This document shows positions 29,970 through 39,693 of a stretch of 64,000 nucleotides of DNA, piece after piece. This stretch comes from an uncultured virus (IMG/VR IMGVR_UViG_3300033170_000477) (Duplodnaviria > Heunggongvirae > Uroviricota > Caudoviricetes). The notes under the pieces were generated by a model that worked only from the letters and a program-made list of their open reading frames with translations, was not told the origin of the DNA and ran no database searches. The stretch is taken from the IMG/VR virus record IMGVR_UViG_3300033170_000477, one strand, 5' to 3'. The position numbers were made by a program, and so were the translations under genes. Each line of letters begins with the position of its first letter. Positions within the stretch are counted from its first letter, which is position 1.

Positions 29970-30913
29970 TGAATCTCAGAAAGCTTATTTTTACAGAGAA
30001 TGCTTGCTACAAGGCAGGCAGAAAGATTACACCAAAAGGCATCATGGTTCATAGCACCGGAGCGAACAATCCAAATTTACGCAGATATGTTGGACCGGAT
30101 GATGGTCTGTTAGGAGTAAATCAATATAATAATCATTGGAATCAAGACAGACCAGATGGAAGACAGGTTTGTGTCCATGCCTTTATAGGGAAACTTAAAG
30201 ATGGCTCCATTGCAACTTATCAAACCCTACCATGGAATCATAGAGGTTGGCATGCTGGAGGCGATGCAAATAACACACATATTGGCTTTGAAATCTGCGA
30301 GGACGGTTTGACCGATGCCTCGTATTTTAATGCTATCTATAAAGAAGCGGTGGAACTATGTGCATACCTTTGTAAGGAGTATAAACTCGACCCGATGGCT
30401 GACGGTACGATTATTGGCCACTATGAGGGGTATCAACGAGGGATTGCATCCAATCATGCTGATCCAAGGCATTGGTTTTCAAGACATGGTAAGAGCATGG
30501 ACACTTTTAGAACAGAGGTTAAAAAGTTACTTTCAGCAGATGAATCACCTGCTGGGGGCTCTAAAAATACAACCTATCCTGAAAAGCTGACTACAGGGTA
30601 TTACCGTGTTAGAAAGACTTGGGCAGATGCGAAATCACAGCTTGGTGCATATCGTATCCTTTCCAATGCAAAGGCACAGGTTGATATGAACCCAGGTTAT
30701 TATGTTTTCAACAACGATGGTATGATTGTATATCCCACAGGTAGCACCTCTTCACCAACTTACAAAGAGTATACGGTAGTTAAAGGTGATTCTCTCTGGG
30801 CAATTGCAGCCAAGCTACTCGGTAGCGGCACAAGATACACAGAGATTGTTAAACTGAACAATTTAAAATCAACGATTATTTATACCGGTCAAAAGCTGAA
30901 AATCCCTAACTAA
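29969..30913 (+). CDS. Endolysin: N-acetylmuramoyl-L-alanine amidase + LysM
   Basis: IMVHSTG, WHAG, IGFEICE, IGHYE; LysM YTVVKGDSLWAIA...IYTGQKLKIP. Confidence 0.92.
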   Translation: MNLRKLIFTENACYKAGRKITPKGIMVHSTGANNPNLRRYVGPDDGLLGVNQYNNHWNQDRPDGRQVCVHAFIGKLKDGSIATYQTLPWNHRGWHAGGDANNTHIGFEICEDGLTDASYFNAIYKEAVELCAYLCKEYKLDPMADGTIIGHYEGYQRGIASNHADPRHWFSRHGKSMDTFRTEVKKLLSADESPAGGSKNTTYPEKLTTGYYRVRKTWADAKSQLGAYRILSNAKAQVDMNPGYYVFNNDGMIVYPTGSTSSPTYKEYTVVKGDSLWAIAAKLLGSGTRYTEIVKLNNLKSTIIYTGQKLKIPN

Positions 30914-30918
30914 GCATG

Positions 30919-30958
30919 ATGCCCTTGGAGGTTTAAAACTTCCTTGGGCATTTTTTTT
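30919..30958 (+). terminator. Rho-independent terminator after endolysin
   Basis: TGCCC..GGAGGTTT/AAACTTCC..GGGCA stem plus T8. Confidence 0.75.
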
Positions 30959-30964
30959 ATTAAA

Positions 30965-31005
30965 CCGTCAGATTTATGTATCTCCTGAGGCTACCAGGTA
31001 GAGGG
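30965..31005 (+). promoter_or_regulatory. Conserved motif TCAGATTT-N13-GGCTACCAGGTAG (copy 2)
   Basis: Same consensus and spacing as at 1080. Confidence 0.65.
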
Positions 31006-31034
31006 CAACAAATAAAAGCGCCCTTCAGAAAGAG

Positions 31035-31262
31035 GTGATGGATATGAAGCACAATCTAAAAATTAGTGTTTCAAAGAAACCACAGACAGGCGGGATTGTT
31101 ACTTACCGTAACTTTTCCGTGAGGGAGCGTATCCTTCGATTCCTACTTGGGGGAAAACAGCGTGTAACGATTGTAATCCCTGGAGACAGCATCGAGGAAC
31201 TCTCTATCTGTGAGATGACGAAAGGAGGAAATGACCTTGAGCAAAATAAAGTTACTGCTTGA
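31035..31262 (+). CDS. Small conserved phage protein
   Basis: MKHNLKISVSK..RERILRFLLG..IPGDSIEEL. Confidence 0.65.
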   Translation: MMDMKHNLKISVSKKPQTGGIVTYRNFSVRERILRFLLGGKQRVTIVIPGDSIEELSICEMTKGGNDLEQNKVTA

Positions 31263-31554
31263 TGTGGTAAATGATATGCGAAGTCTTGCTGATAGCATAC
31301 AAGCGGTTTGTGATGCAATGACAGATTGCGATTCTGCTCCAAAAGAAACACCTACCACAAAGACAGAAAAAGCAAATGAGCCGGATATTTCGCTGGAAAA
31401 AGTGAGAATGGTACTTGCCGAAAAAAGTCAGCTTGGCTTTACCGCTGAAGTGCGGGGCATCATTATGAAGTATGGTGCTGACAAGTTAAGTGCTGTTGAT
31501 AAGGCTTATTATGCTGACATCTTGAAAGATGCGGAGGTTCTTGGGAATGGGTAA
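31231..31554 (+). CDS. Hypothetical phage replication-module protein
   Basis: LEKVRMVLAEKS..G...KYGADKLS; precedes DUF2800. Confidence 0.65.
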   Translation: MTLSKIKLLLDVVNDMRSLADSIQAVCDAMTDCDSAPKETPTTKTEKANEPDISLEKVRMVLAEKSQLGFTAEVRGIIMKYGADKLSAVDKAYYADILKDAEVLGNG

Positions 31555-32683
31555 TCATGCAATATTATCTGCATCTTCATCACACAGATGGCTTCATTGT
31601 TTACCGTCTGCAAGGCTTGAACTTGAGTTTGAAAACACAAATGGAGAAGCAGCAAAAGAAGGTACAGCAGCTCATGCCCTCTCTGAACACAAGCTAAAAA
31701 AGGCACTTCGAATCAGAAGTAAGAGGCCTACATCAGAGTATGACTCAGATGAAATGGAAGAATGCACCAATGCCTACGTTGACTTCATCATGGAGCAGGT
31801 AGAACTTGCAAGAAAGTCTTGCACAGATCCTATCGTTCTTATTGAACAACGTCTTGATTTCTCTTGTTATGTTCCAGATGGTTTTGGGACAGGAGATTGT
31901 GTGATCATCTCAGATGATAGACTTCACATCGTAGATTTCAAATATGGTATGGGCGTGCTAGTGGATGCAGAGGACAATCCACAGATGAAACTGTATGCAT
32001 TAGGCGCTTTAGAGATTTATGACAGCCTATACGACATCAAAGAAATATCAATGACAATTTTTCAACCACGAAGAGAAAATGTCAGCACATGGACTGTTCC
32101 GGTAGAAGAACTTAAAGCTTGGGCAGAAGAGGAACTAAAACCAAAAGCCGCAAAAGCCTATCAAGGTGAAGGTGAATATATGCCTGGCTCGTGGTGTACT
32201 TTCTGCAGAGCATCCAGCAGATGTCGTGCTAGAGCTGATGAAAATTTGAAACTGGCACAGATGGAGTTTAAGATGCCACCGTTACTTACAGATAGTGAGA
32301 TAGAAGAAGTGCTATCCATTCTTCCCGACCTTACCAAATGGGCGAATGAGATAACTACTTATGCGACAGACGCTGCAGTCAATCACGGTAAAGAGTGGCA
32401 AGGTTTTAAGGTTGTGGAAGGTCGATCTGTTCGAAAGTATAAAGATGAAAATGCAGTAGCAGAAAAAGCTGTCATCAGCGGATACAAGGACATTTATCGT
32501 AAGAGCCTCATCCCTATGACAGAGATGCAAAAATTGATGGGTAAAACCAAATTTGAGGAAATTCTAGGAAACCTCATTTATAAACCACCGGGCAAGCCGA
32601 CTCTTGTCCCCAATTCGGATAAAAGACCGGCGATGAACGTAGCTGATGCAAAAAACGAATTTAACGAAATTATGGAGGGTTAA
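31547..32683 (+). CDS. DUF2800 family (Cas4/PD-(D/E)xK-like exonuclease)
   Basis: HAILSASSSHRWLHC, GFGTGDC, IVDFKYG, QMKLYALG, WCTFCRA. Confidence 0.88.
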   Translation: MGNHAILSASSSHRWLHCLPSARLELEFENTNGEAAKEGTAAHALSEHKLKKALRIRSKRPTSEYDSDEMEECTNAYVDFIMEQVELARKSCTDPIVLIEQRLDFSCYVPDGFGTGDCVIISDDRLHIVDFKYGMGVLVDAEDNPQMKLYALGALEIYDSLYDIKEISMTIFQPRRENVSTWTVPVEELKAWAEEELKPKAAKAYQGEGEYMPGSWCTFCRASSRCRARADENLKLAQMEFKMPPLLTDSEIEEVLSILPDLTKWANEITTYATDAAVNHGKEWQGFKVVEGRSVRKYKDENAVAEKAVISGYKDIYRKSLIPMTEMQKLMGKTKFEEILGNLIYKPPGKPTLVPNSDKRPAMNVADAKNEFNEIMEG

Positions 32684-32687
32684 TATT

Positions 32688-33239
32688 ATGAGTAAAATCG
32701 AAAACAGAACTAAAGTTATTACAGGTGTAAACACAAGGCTTTCTTACTTTCACGGATGGGAGCCAGTATCCATCAACGGTGGCGCAGAAAAATACAGCGT
32801 ATCTGTGCTTATTCCCAAAGACGATACAGAAACCATTAATGCTATAAATGCTGCTGTGGATGCAGCCATTGAGGAAGGCATCGCAAAATTTGGTGGAAAG
32901 AAACCGAATAAAGCGGCAATTAAGCTGCCACTGCGTGACGGAGATGTAGAGCGTGATGATGAGGCTTATAAGGGGCATTATTTTATCAATGCCAATAGCA
33001 AAACTGCTCCACAGATTGTAGATAAAAGTGTTAAACCTATTATGGATCGCAGCGAAGTGTACAGCGGTTGCTATGGTAGAGTTTCACTCAATTTCTATGC
33101 TTTTAACTCAAACGGTAATAAAGGTGTTGCTTGTGGTTTGGGTAATATTCAAAAAATTAAGGATGGTGAGCCACTTGGTGGAAAGACCTCTGCAGCAGAT
33201 GATTTTTCAACGCTTGTAGATGATGACTTCCTTGCCTAA
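32688..33239 (+). CDS. DUF2815 family ssDNA-binding protein (T7 gp2.5-like)
   Basis: KYSVSVLIPK, PLRDGD, YSGCY, acidic tail DDDFLA. Confidence 0.88.
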   Translation: MSKIENRTKVITGVNTRLSYFHGWEPVSINGGAEKYSVSVLIPKDDTETINAINAAVDAAIEEGIAKFGGKKPNKAAIKLPLRDGDVERDDEAYKGHYFINANSKTAPQIVDKSVKPIMDRSEVYSGCYGRVSLNFYAFNSNGNKGVACGLGNIQKIKDGEPLGGKTSAADDFSTLVDDDFLA

Positions 33240-33256
33240 AAGAAAGGATCGATTGA

Positions 33257-33292
33257 TGGTGGTGGAGGTACTTCCTCTGCCACCTATTTTTT
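33257..33292 (+). terminator. Terminator-like hairpin before polA
   Basis: GGTGGTGGAGG/CCTCTGCCACC followed by TATTTTTT. Confidence 0.6.
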
Positions 33293-33309
33293 AGGAATGG
33301 AGGTAGGAA

Positions 33310-35250
33310 ATGAAGAATCTTGAAATCGATATCGAAACCTACTCATCTATAAACTTACAAAAGAGCGGAGTTTATCGCTATGTAGAGGCAGATGATTTTG
33401 AAATAATGTTGTTTGGCTATTCTGTTGATGGTGGCGAAGTGAAGGTGATTGATTTAATGGCCGGTGAAAAGATACCTAGCGATATACTGGATGCCTTAAC
33501 TGATGAAGATGTCACTAAGTGGGCATTTAACGCGCAGTTTGAACGTGTATGCCTTTCTCGTTATCTTGGATATCCCTTTGGAAGTTATCTAAACCCTTCA
33601 TCGTGGAAATGTTCAATGGTGTGGTCAGCCTATATGGGACTTCCTCTTTCCTTGGAGGGTGTGGGAGCCGTTCTTGGGCTTGAAAAGCAAAAACTTACGG
33701 AAGGGAAAGACCTAATCAGATATTTTTGTGTTCCGTGTAATCCTACCAAAACGAATGGCGGTAGAACTCGTAATCTGCCAAGTGATGAAATGGAAAAGTG
33801 GAGGAAGTTTATAGCTTATAACAAGCGTGATGTTGAAACAGAAATGTTAATTCAGCAAAGACTTATAAAGTTTCCTGTGCCAGATGAAATATGGGATGAA
33901 TATCTTCTCGACCAAGAAATCAATGACCGTGGCATCAAGATAGATATGGCCTTTGTAAAACAAGCTATTGCTATGGATGAGATTTCTCATACTAAGTTGA
34001 TGAGTCAGATGCAGGAAATAACAGAACTTGATAACCCAAACTCGGTACAGCAGATGAAAGGTTGGCTCGCTGAAAATGGTCTTGAGACAGACACTCTTGG
34101 CAAAAAGGCTGTGGCAGAACTATTAAAGGATGCACCGGATGACTTGTCTGAAGTTCTTAAACTCCGTCAGCAACTGTCAAAATCATCCGTTAAGAAATAT
34201 ACGGCAATGGAAAATGCTGTTTGTGCCGATTCACGTGCCAGAGGAATGTTCCAATTTTACGGTGCAAATAGAACCGGTCGCTTTGCAGGAAGGCTTGTGC
34301 AGTTACAAAATCTACCACAGAACCATATGCCGGATTTAAAAGAGGCACGAGGCATAGTAAAGAGCGGTGATCATGAAACCCTTGAAATGCTCTACGAAGA
34401 TATACCTGACACGCTCTCACAACTTATCCGCACAGCCTTTGTACCAAAAGAAGGCAATAAGTTTATAGTTGCTGACTTTTCTGCTATTGAAGCTCGTGTG
34501 CTGTCTTGGCTTGCGGGTGAACAGTGGCGAAATGAAGTTTTCGCAAATGGTGGTGATATATATTGTGCCTCGGCATCACAGATGTTTAGAGTCCCTGTTG
34601 AAAAGCATGGTATAAATGCTCATTTAAGGCAGAAAGGTAAAATTGCAGAATTGGCACTTGGTTATGGTGGATCAGTGGGTGCTTTAAAGGCTATGGGAGC
34701 CTTAGAGATGGGAATTTTAGAAGAAGAACTAAAACCCCTTGTTAATGCCTGGAGGCAGGCCAATCCATACATCGTAAAATTCTGGTGGGATGTGGATAGA
34801 GAAGTTAAGAAATGCATTAAGGAAAAAAAGTCTCAAGAAGTTCAAAATATCAAGTTTCATTACATGAGTGGAATGCTGTTTATTGTTCTTCCTTCTGGCA
34901 GAAAGCTTGCCTATGTAAAGCCTAATATTGGAGAAAATATCTTCGGTGGTGAATCAGTTACTTATGAGGGAGTTGGTGCTACAAAGAAATGGGAGCGGAT
35001 TGAAAGTTATGGACCCAAGTTTGTAGAAAACATTGTTCAAGCAATCTCCCGTGATATTTTAATGTATGCAATGAAGACACTTAGCACTTGTAACATCGTG
35101 GCTCATGTACACGATGAAGTAATTATTGAGGCTGATCAAAGCCTGTCACTTGATATGGTATGCAAGCAGATGGGCAGAGTACCTCCCTGGGCAAAGGGAC
35201 TGCTCCTTGATGCCGATGGCTACGAATGCGATTTTTATAAGAAAGATTAA
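33310..35250 (+). CDS. Phage DNA polymerase, family A
   Basis: DIET exonuclease motif, TGRFAG, DFSAIEAR, RQKGKIAELALGYG, HVHDE. Confidence 0.93.
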   Translation: MKNLEIDIETYSSINLQKSGVYRYVEADDFEIMLFGYSVDGGEVKVIDLMAGEKIPSDILDALTDEDVTKWAFNAQFERVCLSRYLGYPFGSYLNPSSWKCSMVWSAYMGLPLSLEGVGAVLGLEKQKLTEGKDLIRYFCVPCNPTKTNGGRTRNLPSDEMEKWRKFIAYNKRDVETEMLIQQRLIKFPVPDEIWDEYLLDQEINDRGIKIDMAFVKQAIAMDEISHTKLMSQMQEITELDNPNSVQQMKGWLAENGLETDTLGKKAVAELLKDAPDDLSEVLKLRQQLSKSSVKKYTAMENAVCADSRARGMFQFYGANRTGRFAGRLVQLQNLPQNHMPDLKEARGIVKSGDHETLEMLYEDIPDTLSQLIRTAFVPKEGNKFIVADFSAIEARVLSWLAGEQWRNEVFANGGDIYCASASQMFRVPVEKHGINAHLRQKGKIAELALGYGGSVGALKAMGALEMGILEEELKPLVNAWRQANPYIVKFWWDVDREVKKCIKEKKSQEVQNIKFHYMSGMLFIVLPSGRKLAYVKPNIGENIFGGESVTYEGVGATKKWERIESYGPKFVENIVQAISRDILMYAMKTLSTCNIVAHVHDEVIIEADQSLSLDMVCKQMGRVPPWAKGLLLDADGYECDFYKKD

Positions 35251-35255
35251 AGAAA

Positions 35256-35298
35256 CCATCAGATTTCACCTCCCGCCGTGGCTACCAGGTAGGAGGTG
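35256..35298 (+). promoter_or_regulatory. Conserved motif TCAGATTT-N13-GGCTACCAGGTAG (copy 3)
   Basis: Same consensus and spacing; directly precedes the SHOCT gene RBS. Confidence 0.65.
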
Positions 35299-35305
35299 TT
35301 TTTCT

Positions 35306-35521
35306 ATGAACATTATTGAAGTGAAAGATGGTTCTCCTATCAAGGGTGAGACAGAACCGATATCAGAAGAACAGTTACAGAAAGAATATGACTTTTATAT
35401 AGCTGAGAGTATTGTTGGCATGCTCTATAAAGAGGGCAAGATTACGCAAGATGAACTACACAAAATATCAGCATTAAACCGCCAGAAATTCTCTCCGAAG
35501 TTAGCCGAGATAATGCCCTGA
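35306..35521 (+). CDS. SHOCT-like small protein (candidate recombination directionality factor)
   Basis: L.KEGKITQDEL.KI..LNRQKFSP; sits before the recombinase cassette. Confidence 0.65.
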   Translation: MNIIEVKDGSPIKGETEPISEEQLQKEYDFYIAESIVGMLYKEGKITQDELHKISALNRQKFSPKLAEIMP

Positions 35522-35525
35522 AACA

Positions 35526-35559
35526 CTTGCTATTATTGCCTTTTAGAGTGATATATGTA
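35526..35559 (+). promoter_or_regulatory. Promoter-like motif CTTG..N..TTTTAGAGTGATATATGTA (copy 2)
   Basis: Matches 11477-11510; directly upstream of recombinase. Confidence 0.55.
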
Positions 35560-35579
35560 ATAGCAGAAAGTGAGGTGAG

Positions 35580-37148
35580 ATGATGAAAAAGATAACGAAA
35601 ATAGATGGACTGCCCAAATCACAGTCATCAAAAAGCAAACTTCGAGTTGCCGCTTATGCAAGGGTTTCAACGGATAGTGATGACCAGCTGGTAAGCCTTA
35701 AAGCTCAGCGGGAACACTATGAAAACTATATTAAATCCAATCTAGAATGGGAATTTGCCGGGCTTTATTATGACGAAGGCATATCAGGCACCAAAAAGGA
35801 AAAACGACCTGAACTTCTCCGGATGATTCGTGATTGTGAAAGTAATAGGATTGATTTTATTATCACCAAATCCATCAGTCGTTTTGCACGAAATACCACG
35901 GATTGCTTAGAGCTGGTAAGACAGCTCTTAAATATCGGTGTTTTCATTTATTTCGAGAAAGAAAATCTCAATACAGGCGATATGGAAAGCGAGTTAATGC
36001 TTTCTATTTTATCTGGTTTTGCTGCTGAAGAGTCCGCGTCTATTTCACAGAACACAACATGGTCAATCAGTAAAAAGTTTCAAAATGGCAGTTACATTAT
36101 TGGCACTCCGCCATATGGCTATGCAAACGTAAATGGTGAGATGGTTATTGTTCCTAAAGAAGCTGAAATAATCAAACGTGTTTTTGCAGAGTGCCTTTCA
36201 GGGAAAGGTGGAAGTGTTATCGCAAAAGGCCTAAATAGAGACAAAATCCCTGCAAGAAGGGGCAATCATTGGAGTTCGGGTACGGTGATTGATATGCTCC
36301 GCAACGAAAAATACAAAGGTGATGTGCTTTTCCAAAAGACCTACACGGATAGCAACTTCAATCGACACATTAACAATGGAGAGAAAGATCAGTTTTACTG
36401 CAAGGATCATCATGAACCGATCATCAGCAGAGAAGTATTTTCCAAGGCTCAAAAGCTGATAACTCAAAGAGCAAAATCTATGAGCAAAACTGCTAACAAG
36501 AAAGCTTATCAAAACAGGTATGTGCTAAGTGGCAGAATCCTATGTGGAGAGTGCGGCAGTAAATTCAAGAGAAGAACAAACTACTCTGTTGGCAGAAGTT
36601 ATATTGCTTGGAGCTGCAAAGGACACATTGAAGACAAGGACAGCTGCTCCATGTTATTTTTGCGTGATGGAGAGATAAAAGCAACATTCTCAACCATGAT
36701 GAATAAGCTCGCATTCAGCAAAAAGCTAATACTGGAGCCACTTTATGATTCTATAAACAAGATTGATGAAGAATGCGATCTTGCAAGAATTGATGCCATA
36801 GATAAACGCATGGAGCAATTAACCGAAGAACGCAATACACTGATTGGTCTTATGACAAAAGGGTTTCTTGAACCAGCTCTTTTTAACAAGGAACGAAATG
36901 TTCTGGATAAAGAAATAAAAAATATTACTGCTGAGAAGACGAACCTAGTCATGTCATTTACAAGTGGCTCTTCTCAGGCAGATGAGGTAAAGGCACTTCT
37001 TGATTATGTGTCAGCAGATAAGTTTGATGGCAATTATACAGATGAAGCTTTTGAGAAGTTTGTAGAAAACATCATTGTAAATTCAAGGGATGAACTCACC
37101 TTTAAAATGAAATGTGGACTTTCCCTTATAGAAAAGGTGGTGAGATAA
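35580..37148 (+). CDS. Large serine recombinase
   Basis: YARVST catalytic Ser, [14 protein letters not shown], recombinase domain, CGECG zinc ribbon. Confidence 0.95.
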   Translation: MMKKITKIDGLPKSQSSKSKLRVAAYARVSTDSDDQLVSLKAQREHYENYIKSNLEWEFAGLYYDEGISGTKKEKRPELLRMIRDCESNRIDFIITKSISRFARNTTDCLELVRQLLNIGVFIYFEKENLNTGDMESELMLSILSGFAAEESASISQNTTWSISKKFQNGSYIIGTPPYGYANVNGEMVIVPKEAEIIKRVFAECLSGKGGSVIAKGLNRDKIPARRGNHWSSGTVIDMLRNEKYKGDVLFQKTYTDSNFNRHINNGEKDQFYCKDHHEPIISREVFSKAQKLITQRAKSMSKTANKKAYQNRYVLSGRILCGECGSKFKRRTNYSVGRSYIAWSCKGHIEDKDSCSMLFLRDGEIKATFSTMMNKLAFSKKLILEPLYDSINKIDEECDLARIDAIDKRMEQLTEERNTLIGLMTKGFLEPALFNKERNVLDKEIKNITAEKTNLVMSFTSGSSQADEVKALLDYVSADKFDGNYTDEAFEKFVENIIVNSRDELTFKMKCGLSLIEKVVR

Positions 37149-37565
37149 ATGGCATATGTACCATACGGATATACAGTTAAAGACGGAGTCATAACTGTCG
37201 ATGAGAAGGCAGCAGGTCAAGTAAAGGAGTTCTTTGAAAAATATATATCAGGACTTTCCCTTACAGTGGCTGGTGAACAGGCAGGTATTGAGAAGACGCA
37301 TTCAGTAATGGGGCGTATTTTGAAAAATATCCTTTATCTCGGAAATGACGTATATCCAGCAATCATAGATAAAGAAACATTTGATAAGGCTGAAGAGATT
37401 AGAAATAAACGTGCGAAGGACTTAGGGCGGATTGTAGAGCTTGCAGCTTTTACTGCTCCCTCACCTATAGAACGATTCAAGATGAGAAAATCAGAAGGTA
37501 AACTTCCAGATGATCCCGTTACAAGAGCGGAGTACCTATATAGTTTGATAGAAAGCGAGGTGTAA
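37149..37565 (+). CDS. Recombinase-domain-only accessory protein
   Basis: VPYGY, IL.N..YLG..YPAIID; no catalytic domain. Confidence 0.8.
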   Translation: MAYVPYGYTVKDGVITVDEKAAGQVKEFFEKYISGLSLTVAGEQAGIEKTHSVMGRILKNILYLGNDVYPAIIDKETFDKAEEIRNKRAKDLGRIVELAAFTAPSPIERFKMRKSEGKLPDDPVTRAEYLYSLIESEV

Positions 37566-37566
37566 T

Positions 37567-39129
37567 ATGGCAGGAAAAAATATAACTGTAATTCCGGCAC
37601 GAAAAAGAGTTGGAAGTACAGCCGCAAAAGAAAAAATAAAGAAACTGCGTGTCGCTGCCTATTGCCGTGTTTCTACAGAAACTGAAGAGCAGAATTTAAG
37701 CTATGAGGTACAGGTTGCACATTATACGGAATTTATAAAGAAAAATACTGAATGGGAGTTTGCAGGCATCTTTGCAGATGACGGCATTTCCGGTACTAAC
37801 ACTAAAAAACGAGAAGAGTTCAACCGTATGATTGAGGAGTGTATGGAGGGCAACATCGATTTAGTTATTACAAAGTCCATCAGTCGATTTGCCCGCAACA
37901 CGCTGGATTGCTTAAAGTATATTAGACAGCTCAAGGAAAAGAACATAGCAGTGTATTTTGAAAAAGAGAACATCAACACAATGGATGCCAAGGGCGAGGT
38001 GCTACTTACCATTATGGCCTCTCTTGCACAACAAGAAAGCCAGAGCCTTTCGCAGAACGTTAAACTTGGACTTCAATATCGCTACCAGCAAGGAAAGGTG
38101 CAGGTCAATCACAATCGATTTATGGGATACACAAAAGATGAAGAAGGCAACTTGATTATTGTTCCAGAAGAGGCTGAAATCATTAAACGTATTTACAGAG
38201 AGTACCTTGAGGGCAAGAGTCTAGTGGGCATCGGCAGGGATCTAGAGAAAGACAGCATTTTAACAGCTGCAGGTAAACCAAGATGGAGACCAGAAACCAT
38301 AAAGAAGATTCTTCTAAACGAGAAATACATCGGCGATGCCCTGTTGCAGAAGACTTTCACAGTGGATTTTCTTACAAAGAAACGAGTCAAGAATGAAGGT
38401 CATGTCCCGCAGTATTATGTTGAAAATAGCCATGAGGCGATCATACCAAAGGAACTTTTTTTACAGGCTCAGGAAGAGCTTCATCGCAGAAGTAATATTT
38501 ACACAGGTGCAGACAAGAATAAAAGAATTTATAGCAGTAAATACGCTTTGAGTACCATAACCTTCTGTGGAGATTGTGGTGACATATACAGACGGGTCTA
38601 TTGGAATATTCACGGTAGAAAAGAATTTGTTTGGCGATGCGTTACAAGAATTGAGCAAGGCCCTGAGGTGTGTAAGAACCGAACGGTAAAAGAAGCTGAA
38701 TTATATGATGCAGTAATGACTGCCATTAACAGATTGCTAGCCGGTGGTGACAACATGATAAGAATACTGGAAGAGAATATACATGCGATAATTGGTGATA
38801 CCACGGAATATAAGATTTCAGAGATTAACACCTTGCTTGAAGAAAAGCAGAAGGAACTAATCAGCCTTGCTAATAAGGGAAAAGATTTTGAATCCCTTGC
38901 AGATGAGATTGAAGAGTTACGTGAAAAACGTCAGACCCTTCTTGTGGAAGATGCATCCTTAAGTGGTGAGAATGAGCGAATCAACGAACTGATAGAATTT
39001 ATTTGCACCAACAAATATCGGACTTTACTATATGATGATACCCTTGTAAGGAAGATCATCCAAAATGTTACGGTGTATGATGACCACTTTGTAATATGCT
39101 TTAAATCAGGCATTGAAATTAAAGTATGA
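37567..39129 (+). CDS. Large serine recombinase
   Basis: [33 protein letters not shown]. Confidence 0.95.
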   Translation: MAGKNITVIPARKRVGSTAAKEKIKKLRVAAYCRVSTETEEQNLSYEVQVAHYTEFIKKNTEWEFAGIFADDGISGTNTKKREEFNRMIEECMEGNIDLVITKSISRFARNTLDCLKYIRQLKEKNIAVYFEKENINTMDAKGEVLLTIMASLAQQESQSLSQNVKLGLQYRYQQGKVQVNHNRFMGYTKDEEGNLIIVPEEAEIIKRIYREYLEGKSLVGIGRDLEKDSILTAAGKPRWRPETIKKILLNEKYIGDALLQKTFTVDFLTKKRVKNEGHVPQYYVENSHEAIIPKELFLQAQEELHRRSNIYTGADKNKRIYSSKYALSTITFCGDCGDIYRRVYWNIHGRKEFVWRCVTRIEQGPEVCKNRTVKEAELYDAVMTAINRLLAGGDNMIRILEENIHAIIGDTTEYKISEINTLLEEKQKELISLANKGKDFESLADEIEELREKRQTLLVEDASLSGENERINELIEFICTNKYRTLLYDDTLVRKIIQNVTVYDDHFVICFKSGIEIKV

Positions 39130-39145
39130 AAAGCGGACCGCAATA

Positions 39146-39182
39146 GCCCATGACTCTAGAATAGAGTTGTGGGTTTTCTTTG
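39146..39182 (+). terminator. Rho-independent terminator after recombinases
   Basis: GCCCATGACTCT/AGAGTTGTGGGT followed by TTTCTTT. Confidence 0.7.
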
Positions 39183-39269
39183 CGCGTCCGGTATTGGACA
39201 ACTGGGCTGCAGTTGGAAAAAATCATTACAGTGCTCCAGTAGACTTTGTAGACCGGCAAGTACCTTTAT

Positions 39270-39458
39270 TTAAAATGCAGAGCATGAAGTTAAAGTCAAC
39301 GCATTATAAAAATGGATGAGTTCTTGAATGAGCAGTCATGCGAGCTAGAGGAATATGATGAACAGCTGGTAAGGTGACTTATTGATAAGATTACGGTGTT
39401 TGAATAAAAAATTACTGTTGAGTTTAATTCAGGTGTCGAGGCTGAGGTGGATTGTAAA
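39270..39458 (+). pseudogene. Decayed C-terminal fragment of another large serine recombinase
   Basis: MDEFLNEQSCELEEYDEQLVR*LIDKITVFE*KITVEFNSGVEAEV aligns by eye with the C-terminus of 37567-39129. Confidence 0.75.
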
Positions 39459-39532
39459 TACAAAGAAGGCATCATAATAAGTGTATTGAATTAGTTCGGT
39501 AATCACAATCTAGAAGTAACTCCATGATCGCA

Positions 39533-39563
39533 CAAAAACCTACCATTAGCAAAATGGTAGGTT
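39533..39563 (-). terminator. Terminator of the trk operon
   Basis: AACCTACCATT/AATGGTAGGTT inverted repeat with T tract on the minus strand. Confidence 0.6.
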
Positions 39564-39693
39564 AATAATACATTAATATTGTTAATAGAATTGATGAGCT
39601 GTCGTATTGACGGTGGGTAATAGTTATACTCTACTAGCTTTTGCTATTTAACATTGAACTCATAGTATTTAATATACGGTTGATTTTATATAC

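Noticed and set aside
31547..32683. CRISPR-associated Cas4
   Set aside because: No array or other cas genes seen; context is the phage DUF2800-SSB-PolA module
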